A stretch of DNA of 64,000 nucleotides from Octopus bimaculoides. Lineage: Eukaryota. This document shows, piece by piece, positions 25,957-39,919 of this stretch (the first letter of the stretch is position 1; each line of letters begins with the position of its first letter). The translations under genes and the position numbers were made by a program. Location: NCBI RefSeq assembly GCF_001194135.2, contig NC_068995.1, positions 50,495,610-50,559,609 on the forward strand, written 5' to 3'. The notes below the pieces were generated by a model that ran no database searches, was not told where the DNA came from, and was given only the letters and a program-made list of their open reading frames with translations.

Positions 25957-26191
25957 CTCAAAGAATAAGTGGAGGCACTCAAAGGATAAGTGGAGGTACT
26001 CAGGGGATAGATAGATGGAGGCACTCAAAGGATAAGTGGAGGTACTCAAAGGATAGATGCAGGTACTCAAGGGATTGATGGAGGCTCTAAAAGGATAAGT
26101 GGAGGTATTCAAGAGATCGATGGAAGCCCTCAAAGGGTAAGTGGAGGTGCTCAAGGGATTGATGGAGGCACTCAAGGGATGAGTGGCGGTA
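25957..26191. repeat. 21-bp minisatellite, 11 units, consensus ctcaaaggataagtggaggta
   Basis: Ten 21-nt units plus one 25-nt unit, directly abutting, with no unique spacers. Confidence 0.9.
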
Positions 26192-29100
26192 TAAAACCAG
26201 ATGATAGATCAAGTCTATTTTGAAGGTGCATGGCCAAGTGGTTAGAGTATTTGGTTCACCATCAAACTGCTGTGAGTTCATTTCCAGGGCCAGTTGGCAC
26301 ATTGCATTGTCAAGTCAAGGCACTTCATTTCATGTCGCTCCATCTACTCAGCTGAAACTGAGCACCAGCTGAGTGCTGGTGCTGCTAAATGTGACACAGA
26401 GTCACAAACTAGAAAAGTTGAGAGAATATCTATGTCGACTCATGACTACAAAGGCACCTAGAGCAATTAGCAAAAGCATCGTACATGCTACTAAGCCATA
26501 TCAATTATCAATTCACGAGTGACAGCTGACTCATTATTTTAGATTAGATCTACAAACCAAAGTACATGAATCTCAAGTGTAACAGACCATGGTGTTTTTA
26601 TTATAACTGATGTCTCGAGTTAAACACAGACGGTGGATTGAGAGGGTGCAAAAGCAAGAAGCAAGTATAAAGCTGAACTCCACAACTCTAGCACAGCTAG
26701 AAAACGTGGGTCTAAGTCCTCTCTAAGATTTAGTGATATTTTTTTTCTTTTCAATTTATATTCTGTCCATCTAATAAAGAAATTTTAAAAAATTCATCTT
26801 AGGAGGCATAAAAAAATAAAATATAAACAAGGGATAAAGAAAATAAATCCTAAAGAATTAAAGCTACAAATATGTCTTATTAATAAGGGTATACATGTGG
26901 AATGTATACTGAGGTTGCAGTTGCCAGGTTAATGTCTACAATGCCAATAATTCATACCATGCCATACAGTACACATCCTTTTAACTACCAAGACTAGTTT
27001 AATAATAAATGTAGAGTAAATTGGATTTAGGCTAAAAATGATGAGAATAGGCAAAACTGTTTTTAAGATCTAAAGCTAAAAAGTGTTAATGCTAAGCTAC
27101 CAATCAATATTTGAAACTATTATAATGACTGTATGGAATAAGATTTAAGCTATGGTGCTGCACTCTCCCACACTCGATAATGGTGTGGTTTGGGTAAAAC
27201 ACTGCCCAACAAATATTTGGCACCAGAGCAGTTAAGAATAGAAAGAATAAACATCACCGCCTCAAAACATTGGCTTAAACTTCACAGGTGCCCCTACCCA
27301 GCCATACACTTATATAGCAGTAAAACAGTTGAGTGCATGAAGTATAGCGGGATATAAAGTGATTCAGTGAAGATATATTAGGGTGATAATTTACAATGGG
27401 TTTTTTTTTTCCCATTACCAATAGCTGTGTTATGAAGAACTAATCCAAAATCATGCTACAATTTGGGCATGTGTCTTCTTATATAACTTTGCATTAATCC
27501 AAGCCTTGTGAATGGAATTTTGAAAGTGGAAATTGTGCAGAAGCCCATTGGATGGACTAAATCTACTCTAGACTTAATATGTCATCCAAATGAAAACCAT
27601 CTATTTAAGCTCTGGGTAGTTTTGGAGGAGCCCACACTGTTGAAAACATTTCAACCAGGTCCCTAGTTTGCAGATAACCCAGGATCAGTAGGTCCTTTTC
27701 TCCCTTTCCCCACCAATCTATAAGCCCCTTACCCTTAAAAAAGTTTATGGGCACTACTCTTCCCTCTTCTGAGTCATTAAAGAAAGTTGAGAACAGATTT
27801 ATTTAAGATATACAACACAAGTAGTCTTAATGACACTTCATTTCTCGTAAAACCTATCAGATTTTCTCATTTGGAAATTCAGGTATTCCTTGTTAATTCT
27901 TACAACTGTGATTTTATTACTGACTTTCTCTCTCTCTCTTTCTGTCACACACTGTTAGCTATAGCTATTTGTAGTTATTTCTATTATCTACTAGTCTAAT
28001 CTGTTCAATGAAGTACCAGCTAGTTTTATTGGTTTATATAACGTCAGCTACATTAATCTCTATTTCTCCATCTATAATCTAACTTACACCAAAAAATGAG
28101 ATAATTAAAAGTCATGCTATAACTTTTAAGTATACAGCATATAATTGGTGTTTGTTATTACTTCTCGACACAAATATGTCATCTCTTTTCACTCCATTAA
28201 AACTTTAGTTCATTGATTACCTCAGAAGACACAACTGAAATAAATAGAACTAATTATTAAGTATCTGTATGTATTTATTGCTTTACTAATTGTAACCAGC
28301 AGTATTTATTAACAGGAGATTAGTTCTCTTGACTTCAAGAGGAATACTAAATGAGATTTTTGCATCTTTCATGTCTTAACAGGTTATAAACTTACACATA
28401 TTCTATAATGCTTTCAATCCTTTAAAAGTATATAAATGGAATAATCTACTCATATAATGAGCAGTATCTCCATCTTGCTCTCTGTTTGTCCATCCCTCTG
28501 ACATGTGCAGCAAAGGCAAAATAACTGCCATGTTATTTTGGCTATTTTTGTATTTCATAGATATCTGATAGGATGCTTATTTCACTAAATTATGATAATT
28601 CCACTTTATCAATATTTTGTACAGACATAAACAAGTTGTTTAGTCAACCAGTGACAAAGAAATGTACATAGTTTAACTGCCCGCGTATAAATTTTGTGTG
28701 TGTAAATGCATATGCATATGTACATACAAATATATTAATCAAAGTGTACAGCATTATATATATTTATTATGGTCAAATCTTATCAATTGGTTTCGCACTA
28801 GGGGCTCAACAAAATGATAGTTAACAGCCTGTTTATGTAACCCTGCATCAGAAGAAATAATAACATCTACTTGTTTATACAGGCAGTCTGCACACCGAGA
28901 CTACAAGGTAGAAAGAAGGCCGAAGATGTGATATATCTTGTATATCTCACCTCATAAAAATACTAAGTGGAAACAATGTTCAATGCCTTCCACAAAGTAA
29001 GGATGGACAGGGAGAAGTTTAGGTGAAACTTTCAATACCTAGTTTTAAAAGATACTTGGCTCTTTGGTTTCTAGATACAACATATTTTCCAAAGTGCCCT

Positions 29101-29703
29101 CAAATTTTAGTTACTGTGAATTCCTTTCCCAGGAATCTTTCCAAATCATTCTGAATATATTAATTTTCTTTATACATGCACATAATTAAATGTCATTCAT
29201 ATTGTTACTTAAACATGTGTAAAGTGCAGATGTGCATCGGTGTGCAACAGAAAGTGCTAGATAGTGTAGAATATATATATATATATATATATATATAAAG
29301 GGAAACTGAATTTAAAAAATGTTAATAAATCAAATATACATGCTGATGTGTGTAGAATATGTGAAATATAAACATCCAGAGGTGGGTAATTTTTACAAAA
29401 GCAAATTAAACAAGTGACAGACACAGTAAAGATATGTAAAGATTATCACACAGTCAAGATATTGTTGGAAAAGAGAAGAGTTTTGGTAGATAACAATATA
29501 GACAAGACAAGTAATAGTTAGGACAACTCTATGCAGAATAGCTAAAGATAGGGTATAGGGTACAAACAATCCTGATGGGTATGAATAAGATAGGTAGGGG
29601 ATACAGTACGGGACAGGGTACAAGGATAAAGCAAATGAGTGTAAACAGGGCGTATATTATCCAAGCGGATATATTGAGCTTGGGTGGGGGGAAGAGACAA
29701 AAA

Positions 29704-29735
<32 letters not shown>

Positions 29736-30437
29736 TTACAAAACAGATTAAATGCAGTCAAAGCAAATTGAGAAATAATTATTTTAAGAATAACATTAAA
29801 TTTTAGATTAAAAGTTATTTAGTTAAAAATTCAAATTTAAGGTAGAAAAGAAAAACAAGACAAACAAAAAAACACAAGAGAGGTGTACTTCAAGTATTTC
29901 AGCTAATGTCTAGAGAACAGTATAAAATCCTTGTTACAAATCAAACATGCTTCAATTTACATGTCAAACATATAAATCATGGTCATTTAATGCTGAAACA
30001 GAACTCATTACTGAAAAAAGGTTACCACAGTTATTATTACAAATTCTATCAAAGAATTCCAATATGGGTATTCAAACCCATTAGACCTCCTCTAACTTCA
30101 ATACACTTAAGACCACCTCTAAGTTCACCACACAAAACTTCCTATTTCAAAGCATACATATTTAAAGTAAACCTTCTGTCAAAAGTTTGCATAAAGAACC
30201 TTTTGCTTAGTTGTTTCAAACAAAAAATTAATAAACCAGTAATGTTGATATTATAATAAACCACTCCAAATTCTCACTATTTTAGAAATTAATTGAGACA
30301 CACAGGCAGGATACTTTCTAACTTATATAACAACTGTTAAAAAGCTAGTTCTTCTACTGTTGCTATTTTATACTTTAACTCCATATATTGAGTACCATCT
30401 CCTTACATTTGTATAATCAAGGACATATATAGGTATA

Positions 30438-30639
30438 CAGAAATCCCTCGCCATATCGCATTTTAATATCTAAGCTTACGTCGAATCCTCTGAGGTGTTG
30501 TTTTGCATTTATAATAAAATATATACAAATTATAAAAATAATTAAAGAAAAAACATACAGTACTGTTTCTACTTCACGGATTTTCACCTATCATGGGGGT
30601 TTTTGGAACGTGACACCTGCGATAGTTGAGGGATTACTG
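30438..30639. mobile_element. Tigger/pogo-type MITE with TA target duplication
   Basis: TA-cagaaatccctcgccatatcgc ... gcgatagttgagggattactg-TA terminal inverted repeats. Confidence 0.8.
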
Positions 30640-30648
30640 TATACATAT

Positions 30649-30704
<56 letters not shown>

Positions 30705-33372
30705 ACTTTGGGTTTATAGTAAAAGAGTTTTTGAACTATATAACTCAAAACAGGTTATATTTTATACTTCACTTAGTTTTGTGTTTCCTGAAATTAAATG
30801 TGAAGCTTTGGTAGAGGACAAATGGCACCATCATCATTTGAGGGTTGCCATTCTTTATTTGTTCTTCATAATCATCTCCAGAGCTGACAATCCTGCATAG
30901 ATGCACCTGAATATCTGGACTGATGACACCAGGTCATCTTCTGCTCTAAAGCCATGTCCAGGATATTGTACTTTTATGTTGCCTCACTCTTCGTGAGATG
31001 AATGATAAAGTCTACACTATAGGGTCGGTATACAAAGAAACTGTGTCTAAAATGTGCTAAGAGCAATGTCGAAAAAAAAAAAAAAACTATACCAGAGCTA
31101 CTTGATATGTGTCCTCTTATAAACAAGGGCTGTAACACAGAAACTAAAATCCAGTAAGGGAGCTTCTACATTGTAGCTTGACTTGCTAGAAATAGCAGTC
31201 AAATTTTCCTCATTAGACACTACTATCTTTAGAAATAGACTTATTTATCAATGTAATCCCAGATTACAAGATGGGATGGTCATAGCTGGAATGCCTTTGA
31301 TTATAGGTGTAACCATTCAGGTTTGAAATGTAAAAGACTAATGAGACAAAAATATTAAAATGGACTTACTTATAGAAAACTTAATTTGACAGATGTTCGT
31401 TATTTCTGATTCCAGAATCAATTTTTTATAATTTTCTTCTCTTTAATCTTAATAATTTTTTTTATTTAAAAGGATAAAAATCAATTTCACACACACACAC
31501 AAAAAAACCCATTATGTAAAAAATAAAAATAAAATAAATAGAATATTAAAAAAAATATATTAAGCACGTGTGTAATTACATATCAGTAATTGTGAGATGG
31601 GGGATTATGACAAGTTTAGTCAAGATATAATTAATCTAGTATGTTAATTACAACTTGTAAAATAGGTGTTAAAAGATTGATCAATTGTTTCTAAGAAAAG
31701 ACAGCATAAGAAAATTTTGCAAATTATCTGTAATAATAATAATAATAATAATAATAATGAAAGGTGTGTCCGATAAAGATATTCATGCTTGAATGTGTGT
31801 CATAACAACAGAAGCATAGTGATTGGTGCTCTTTTTCTTTTTGAGTGTTGAGTTTATTTGTTGCTATATAGCAAGAATATTTTCTGCAAGTTAAATAATG
31901 GTAAAGCTGTGCTGTAGCAACAAGCATCACTAGGGAAATAAAACATCAGTGGGCAGATCAGTAGTTCTACATGGATTGAATATCTAAGTGAGAGTCAGTT
32001 TTGGTAAAGTTAGTACTGATAGTTTATGATAATTTCAACCTGTGCAGAAATACTGGTAGACACAGAGAAAAGATAAAAAGACAACTTGCTAATTAATCAT
32101 ACTAAATTAATGGCTTGGACAATCAAGGATAGTCACCAGGGTTTGAGGAGACCAATAATGGTCTCTGTTAGCATGAACCAATTCAGAAAAAATATTATAC
32201 AAATCAGGCCATGTTGGTGTATGATAAGAAAGAGAAAGGGTCAGTTAATATCTCTTTTTCCTTACATTTTCTTTTTCTTTCAGGAAGAATACTGCCACAG
32301 ATGTTAGAGTTTTTCATTTTTTTATTTCACCCTCACCATACACCAACATAAATTTTTCCAGAAGAGGATGTATTTCTCAATATATTCAATAATATAGATA
32401 AAACAGTCAGTATTTCAACACATTGACAGGGTAGATTTATACAGTAATCGATGGGGATAGATTTGCTCAGTTGATTTCAACAGAGAGATTTACTAAGGAT
32501 GTTTCAACAGGATGGGAAGATTGCTTTCCAAGAAATCAGCTACATACTAAATGGTGTGAACAGATTTCATTATAAAAAATAAATAAAAAAAAGAAATGCC
32601 AGCAATGTGATTTGATAGCATGCAATATTCTAGAGATGACAGGGAGTTGGAAATGTAATAAAGAAATATCTAGAGAAATGAAGAAAAGTTCTTAAGTCAC
32701 TTTTGAGAATGTTTATTTTATTTTATTTTATTTATTTATCTATTACCATCCCTAGCAATTTGGCAAACGTTAGGATTGGTCAAGTCAATTACTTTGTTAA
32801 GTTCTTTGGAAAACTGCTCGTATTTTGAAGGGAAATTACTAAGCTCATAGGTAACTCATCAAGAAATGCTTGTAAAATGGTCCCAACAAAAAAGAAAAAA
32901 ACCCTATAGCTTAAAGCATTTCAATCTTAAACAGTTATTTGTTAGAAATATTCATTAAAACATCTTTGGCAAACCTTAAAACAGACTAGTGTGATATATG
33001 TGAATTATTATTTATCACAGAATCCATTTCAAATAGTAAATTCTTTACTTGTCTAAGAGAAATAATCTACAAAACATTAAGAATTACAGAAAAAAAGTCT
33101 AAAATATAATTTTTTAAAGTTATAGTGACAGGTATAGCTTATTCTTAGATTTATTGCTTCATACACCTGGCACATCACTGCATATACACCAACAAAAATC
33201 TGCACAACATGGAATCTGCCAATCACACACCATTCTTACTTAGACATCAGCATAGAAAAAAAAATTCTGGGTAAAAGTCACACTTCTAATTCCTTCCAGG
33301 TCACCTTACCAATTTAACAGCAGGTATTTCAATAAGCATTCAGGACACCCATCTAAACCATTATTAAATTAA

Positions 33373-33543
33373 CCCTTTTGATACCAATCCACCTGAAAAT
33401 GTCTTTGGTTCTATGATACAAACCTGTTTTAAAATGATCTACATTAAAACTTCCCGTCAAAATTTCATGCTAATTTATGATCCAAACTGGCTTAATAAAA
33501 TCAATGCTTGACGCATTTCAACAGAAATGTGGTAACAAAAGGG
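33373..33543. mobile_element. TTAA-flanked MITE family 2, copy 1
   Basis: TTAA at 33369 and 33544, TIRs cccttttgatacca/tggtaacaaaaggg. Confidence 0.8.
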
Positions 33544-36500
33544 TTAAAGCTATTTTTTTTTACAGCTGAACATTCACAACTGTCTTGCTTCCCTATTACC
33601 CTACTCTCAAATTAACTCCCACTCTCTCTATAAGGATCTTTATGTTACCAAGATAAAGGAATGGTCAACATCTATTGATCTATTTATCTTATATATTCTA
33701 CATTTATCCAGTGATGGAAGCATTCTATAATGACTCTTCCTTTCTACATCACTTTGAAACACACTTTCTCTTCCTAACTGACCAACAATATAAGTTCTGT
33801 GTAATCAGGTCTGTTGAAGACTGTCTTTTTCACATCGTACATCTCAGTGGGGATTACTGTTATTGCTGCTGTTAACCTACTTCATCTCTGATTGAGCAGA
33901 CCAGTGACATGTAGTTAGTCATTTTAAAACCTAGGCACAGTACACAGAGCTACTGTTCCTGATATACCTGTCAATCTAACAACCATACAATTCCATACTG
34001 TTTACTTTAACATCTCAAAAGATCTGGTGTGTTTGTCAGGGAATTCAGTATTTATTTCATCGTCCATTCAAATTTTATACACCAAAGTTCTGATAGTGGC
34101 CACAACAGAGGTATACCATATTTTCTGGCCAAAAAGTTGAACTTTTCAGACCAAAATTTACAACTAAAAAAAGGTAGGTCAATTTATATACCAAGACAAA
34201 CATTGGAAGGCCAAAACTTCCATATGAAACACAGACAGATTTTGGAAAGATAGCGACAAAAATCAAACGCATGCTCCACTGCATGTCCCTTCCATTTAAT
34301 CCTTTTTTTATCTAATGATTTTTACTCTCATTACAGGAGTAATTTTAATTGATTATGAATTTGAGGGGGATTTGCCTGAGTTTAACCACATGTTGTAAAC
34401 TGTGTTTCCTCTCTCCTCCCTTTCACTCCTACTTCTCTTACTCAACTCTCCTCCTGAAATATTCCCCTGCTGTACATAAGCTCATTCTCTCCATCAAATC
34501 GACATTTCCTGTACAAATTCATGGTGTGTGACATGTTAGATGTTGAAGAGATCACAGAACAACATGAAATGAAGTGTTTTGCTTAAGAACACAATGCATT
34601 ACCTAATAATGGAATTGAAACCACAATCTAGTAATGTGTGTGTATGTGTGCTGAGCATTTTACTTTCACCAATTTACAACGAACACATATGTATTGATAA
34701 TTCTCTATTTCTATATTTGAGAATTATCATTGTTTTGAAAATGAAGGGAGATAAAGATTTCCATGAAAAATTATCTACATTTAATTTAATTGCAACAATA
34801 AAACATTCTAACATATTTCTAATTTGTTTTGTGAATAAAGTTCTACAAATGTTATTTTCTATTTTTTTTTTTTTACTTAATTTAATTCACTGTAGTATCA
34901 TTACACATTTATCATCTAAAACTGATGTGNNNNNNNNNNNNNNNNNNNNNNNNNNNNNNNNNNNNNNNNNNNNNNNNNNNNNNNNNNNNNNNNNNNNNNN
35001 NNNNNNNNNNNNNNNNNNNNNNNNNNNNNNNNNNNNNNNNNNNNNNNNNNNNNNNNNNNNNNNNNNNNNNNNNNNNNNNNNNNNNNNNNNNNNNNNNNNN
35101 NNNNNNNNNNNNNNNNNNNNNNNNNNNNNNNNNNNNNNNNNNNNAAACAATATATATATATATATATATATTTAGCTGATTTTTTTGTGTGTGTGTGTGT
35201 GTGAGAGAGAGAGAGTAATCTAACAATCAAATCCCATGATGTATGATTTTTTTTTTTCCTGAACATCCAATTTACATAAGTTTCATCACACTCATATATT
35301 TGATGTTGTCAATGTTTAGCACACTGTATCATCACTGAGTAATGTTTTTTTTTTTTTTTACCAGTTATAGGTTTTGACTATCATAGTGCACAGGGGTTGG
35401 CACATTGGAGTGGCTTCTCATTGCCTTCTCCACGATGAAGAAAAGACAAGCAGGCTATTTGTGATATTCTTGTTATTCATAAGGGATTATATTTTATATA
35501 TTTATAACTGTAATTATTTAAAGCCCCAAACTAGATAAATACATTAGCAGTTTAAAATTTAAACAGAAGTCTGGCAGGAACAATATTCTCTTTCCATAAT
35601 TTCTTTAAAAAAGAAAAAAATTGATTTCATATTTTTATATTAAATGTGTTTCACGACGAAAACTTAGGAAATGAATTTCATTTAGATAATTATTTCTTTT
35701 TACTTTTTATCTTTTAATTTCAAAATGCAATATTTTACAGCCATTTGGTTCTGTGTGTTCTCAAAAAATGTTTCTGGATCAGATTTATGATTAGCTGCAT
35801 TTGGATTTTCTTTGATGTAACTAAATACGAGGGAGATGGTAGATTGAGCAGGAGTGAAGCTAGAGNNNNNNNNNNNNNNNNNNNNNNNNNNNNNNNNNNN
35901 NNNNNNNNNNNNNNNNNNNNNNNNNNNNNNNNNNNNNNNNNNNNNNNNNNNNNNNNNNNNNNNNNNNNNNNNNNNNNNNNNNNNNNNNNNNNNNNNNNNN
36001 NNNNNNNNNNNNNNNNNNNNNNNNNNNNNNNNNNNNNNNNNNNNNNNNNNNNNNNNNNNNNNNNNNNNNNNNNNNNNNNNNNNNNNNNNNNNNNNNNNNN
36101 NNNNNNNNNNNNNNNNNNNNNNNNNNTATTCTTACTATTTGGCATCCAATTAGTAGATCTGTTAGAACATTGGCTAAATATCTTGCAGTATTGATCTCTT
36201 TACATTCTGAGTTCAAATCTTGCTGAGGTCAACTTTGCTTTTCATCCTTTCAGGGTTGATAAATAAAGTACCAGTCAAGTACAAAGGTTGATTCTCTTTC
36301 TCTCTCTCTCTCCCTCAGTGTTGGCTCTAAAGTGCTAAGTGCTGCAAGCAAGTCATTATTAATGACCACTCCCAGAATTCCCAATGTCCTATCCCTTCCT
36401 TCAAGAATTGGAGAAGAGTTGTTCAACTAAAAGCTAGCAATTTCTCAACTAGTTCACTTAAAAAAAACACTCAAAGGAAAATGGCAACTGAACTTATCAA

Positions 36501-36814
36501 ACTCTGTTTCTGACACAGACACATTGTAATGCTGTTCTCTTATACCAGACTTTCAAAAACAAATTATTAAACCATATTTCAAAGCAAATGAAAAAAAAGA
36601 CAAGCAAAAATTAAATTAATAATTAAAAATAAAATAAGCGTTAATGTATTTCGTGAGGAGAGACAGAGCGTGCACACCCACACACACGTGCATGCACGCA
36701 CACACACATTGTGAAGGTATTGTTATGGTCATTTTTATTTCATTTATTATGATTCATGTCAAGCACAAAAATATTGCTTTCATCAAAGTTCTCAAGAGTG
36801 AGAGACCCCCTAGA

Positions 36815-36864
<50 letters not shown>

Positions 36865-36874
36865 NNNNNNNNNN

Positions 36875-36914
<40 letters not shown>

Positions 36915-36919
<5 letters not shown>

Positions 36920-37175
36920 CAAGTTCAAGGATGTGATTGTTTAAGAATGTTTCTATAATCTTTGAGGTGTTGAATGCGAGAGTGATTGGTAGTTGGCAGA
37001 GACAGACAGATGTCCACCTGGAACAACACTGAAACAAATTTCATCAGTGTAGAGAGGGAAGGTTTGAAGAACTTGGTGAGGACAGAAACCATCTTGCAGG
37101 TATTATATTTAATGGTAGTGTGAGCAATTCTTTCAGGACCAGTTGTCTTGTTGGGTTGATGTTGACGAGTCAAAT
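36915..37175 (-). mobile_element. Degenerate LINE reverse-transcriptase fragment (Jockey/CR1-group)
   Basis: Across frameshifts it reads NKTTGPERI...LTKFFKPSLS...SANY..PITL...SKIIETFLNNHIL, equivalent to the RT N-terminal KAxGPDxI...SNYRPIxL..xSKxxE region. Confidence 0.65.
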
Positions 37176-37672
37176 ATGTTTATAATACCATGTAGAAGAC
37201 TACAGTTTTTGTTTCTAAATAAAGCTTGATCTCATGAACCAGCTTTAATTTATCCAACACATTTTGTATATTTATGTATATTAGTTAATATATATACATA
37301 TGTTAAAGAATTACCCCTGAACTTTAACTACATTTATTACATAACTTAGATCATGACCAACTGAAGTGAAGAATGTATGTGCTTCTCAACAACAACTACA
37401 ATAGGAGCCAAGAAGGGAACTTCTAAAGGGTTACTCACACTGCTAGAAATAGAAGCTAAATCTTTCTTAAATTACCTTCACCCCTATCTTGAAATCAGAG
37501 GGTCACATTGAATAATGTAATCCTGGATACATAATACCACAAAAAGGACAGGGTGGTCATGGTGGGACTGCCTTTGATCAGAGGTCTGCTCAATCAAGAT
37601 TGATCTGAGGTTAAATAGCAACAATAATTCAACCTACGTTGAATCAAGATGTCAGTTTCCTTCTCAACAGAG

Positions 37673-37708
<36 letters not shown>

Positions 37709-39299
37709 ACACATACACACTCTCTGCCAAGAACTTTTAATCATTATTCTCTTATTGTTCATGTCTTTATACATTTAATAAATATTCCTGATTAATTTTT
37801 TTCCTATAATGTTGATAGTTCTTGGCTCAATAAAGATTAGTTAAAATATTTTTATATATTTACCATATTGTTGTTAGCATTCCTGAAGAGTATTCTAGAG
37901 AAAGTCCTTATTGATGTTACCGAGATGAATGGCTTGACTAGGATAGAGAGATAATGGGGAAGGCAGTGCAGAAGAAGTTGAGTAAGTAAGCAAAATGACA
38001 GCACAACCTTCGCAACCATTACAGGGCAGAATTATGAAGTGAAAAGTAAAAGAGAAAGCAACACTTCACCTTGCAGTGGAGTAAAGGCACATGCCAGACA
38101 TATATTGATGAATCCATACTCTGGAAAATACACAGCATAGAAAAGCTATCAAGAAAAACTACACTCACACTCACACACACACACAAACATACATACATAC
38201 ATACATACACTCAGTCAACCACACACACATGCATACACACCCAAGCAGACGTGCATGTGGATATACAGACAGATACGCAGAAAAGTCGCTGGTATTTGTT
38301 CAACTAGTTGGTGCCATGAAATTAAAAGGAAGCAAAATTAATTGATCTCCAGAACCAAACATAGCTGAAATGCAGAACAGAGAGAGAATTGGCAGAACTG
38401 AGAAGCTTCTGGAAGCACCAAGTCATTTCTCACTGCAAGACGTTTTGTCTCTTATCACTGGTCTCTTAAATTATTAGTATTGTGCAAAATATACTTTCTT
38501 TATAGAGGCAGCAGCAAATGCCAAACAATCAAGCTTCTAGACATCCAGCCAAGTCACCAAGATGTTTTCACCATCTTAAAACGTCATTGTCAATACTCGT
38601 TTTGTTTACCTCAATGCTCTCTCTCTCTTTCTCTCTCACCATCATCATCATCATCATCACCACCACTTTCTCCATCTCCCTCAAGGTCACACATTGTTGA
38701 TACTTTAAACTTTTTCCAGTCTGGAACTACCTTTTGTATTTGACATGCCAGCTATGACAGACAGCTGAACAATCAAACTGACCCAGAGCCAGGATTGACA
38801 AAAACAGCTGCTATTCTGCTTGTCGCTCTCATTGAAGATATTTTATAACAAAGGACAGCAACACAGTAGCAGCAGTAATTATATAAGCTGCTGGTAGATA
38901 TGGACTTGAAAGAGCTATATATAAAACTTGTGAGTTATTTAAAATAATAAAAATACAATTAATTATATATATATATACATAGAATAATTATTACTGGAGG
39001 ACAAAACATTTTCTTTTTCAAGAAAACAGAACTGGTGATAGAAGTAGGGTAGACAAGAATAAAATGAGAGGAAACAAGGAATAAAATCATGGGAGAAACA
39101 AATAAATAATGCAGCTAAATATAACATGGAGTAGCAAAGAGGAATTGAGTAATAGACATATTCCTCGGGAGCCAAGTCTATGATTGGGTCATGAGTCTTG
39201 CATTTAGGCACTTCTTTTGTTTTGCTAATGTTCTTGGAAACTGTATAAACATCACAAAATATTGTTTCCCCTCCTTTCTAAAATCCAGAGCCCAGTCCT

Positions 39300-39662
39300 G
39301 GTTGTTTTGTGGCTTGTCCCCCTCAATGACCCTGAGAGCTATTCCAGCAGAGTGCAAGCTTCTGATAGGGCCTCCTAAGCAGGGCAGATCAGGTCAGACT
39401 AATATGGACCACCTATTCCCAGAAATAAAAATGGGTTTGTGAAAGGCCAGCAACCCCAACCTAGACAAATAAAAAAAATTTTAAAAACCCAGAAAAGGCC
39501 AAGCTACAAAAGCATCAAAGACAATTCAAAACCAATGAGATCTGGGAGAGAAGGGAACTTCTCTCAAGGAAGCTGCAAGTCCAACAGCCCAGGGTTGAGA
39601 AGAGGAGAGAAAAGTTGTCAATGGCTTATGCTGCATAGGGAGCAAAAGGCTAAAGGTTAAGG
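39300..39662 (+). mobile_element. Short RTE-derived non-autonomous retroposon (RTE-like 5' part fused to an RTE-type 3' end)
   Basis: Ends gtcaatggcttatgctgcatagggagcaaaaggctaaag, resembling RTE-1-type termini as I recall them. No ORF. Confidence 0.45.
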
Positions 39663-39871
39663 CCCTTTATATCTATATAGCGATGCATTGAACATTTATA
39701 AATTCCATTCAAGAAATACTGTTATTATTACTATATCCTACATTATATTGGTACAGCTCAGTGCAACCCGAAAAAACTGGTTCACCAGTCAGCATCATTG
39801 GACTGTGGCCTGCATAACAGAATAGGAGCTTTATTTGCATATTCAAAACATTCCTCATAAACAAATTTAGA

Positions 39872-39919
<48 letters not shown>

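Noticed and set aside
25957-26191. CRISPR-like array, or RNA polymerase II CTD-like heptad protein
   Set aside because: Units abut with no unique spacers and there are no cas genes. The heptads (YPLSTST) only loosely resemble YSPTSPS, and no splice context supports them.
28900-29110. Possible CR1 RT remnant (DVIYL...AF.KV-like), and a possible LINE 3' remnant at 43260-43560
   Set aside because: Too degenerate to support by eye.
25246-30940. Other CTGANGA hits (25246, 30920, also 37884 and 45900 on +; 17072 and 21447 on -)
   Set aside because: No correctly spaced GAAA plus NUH with closing stems.
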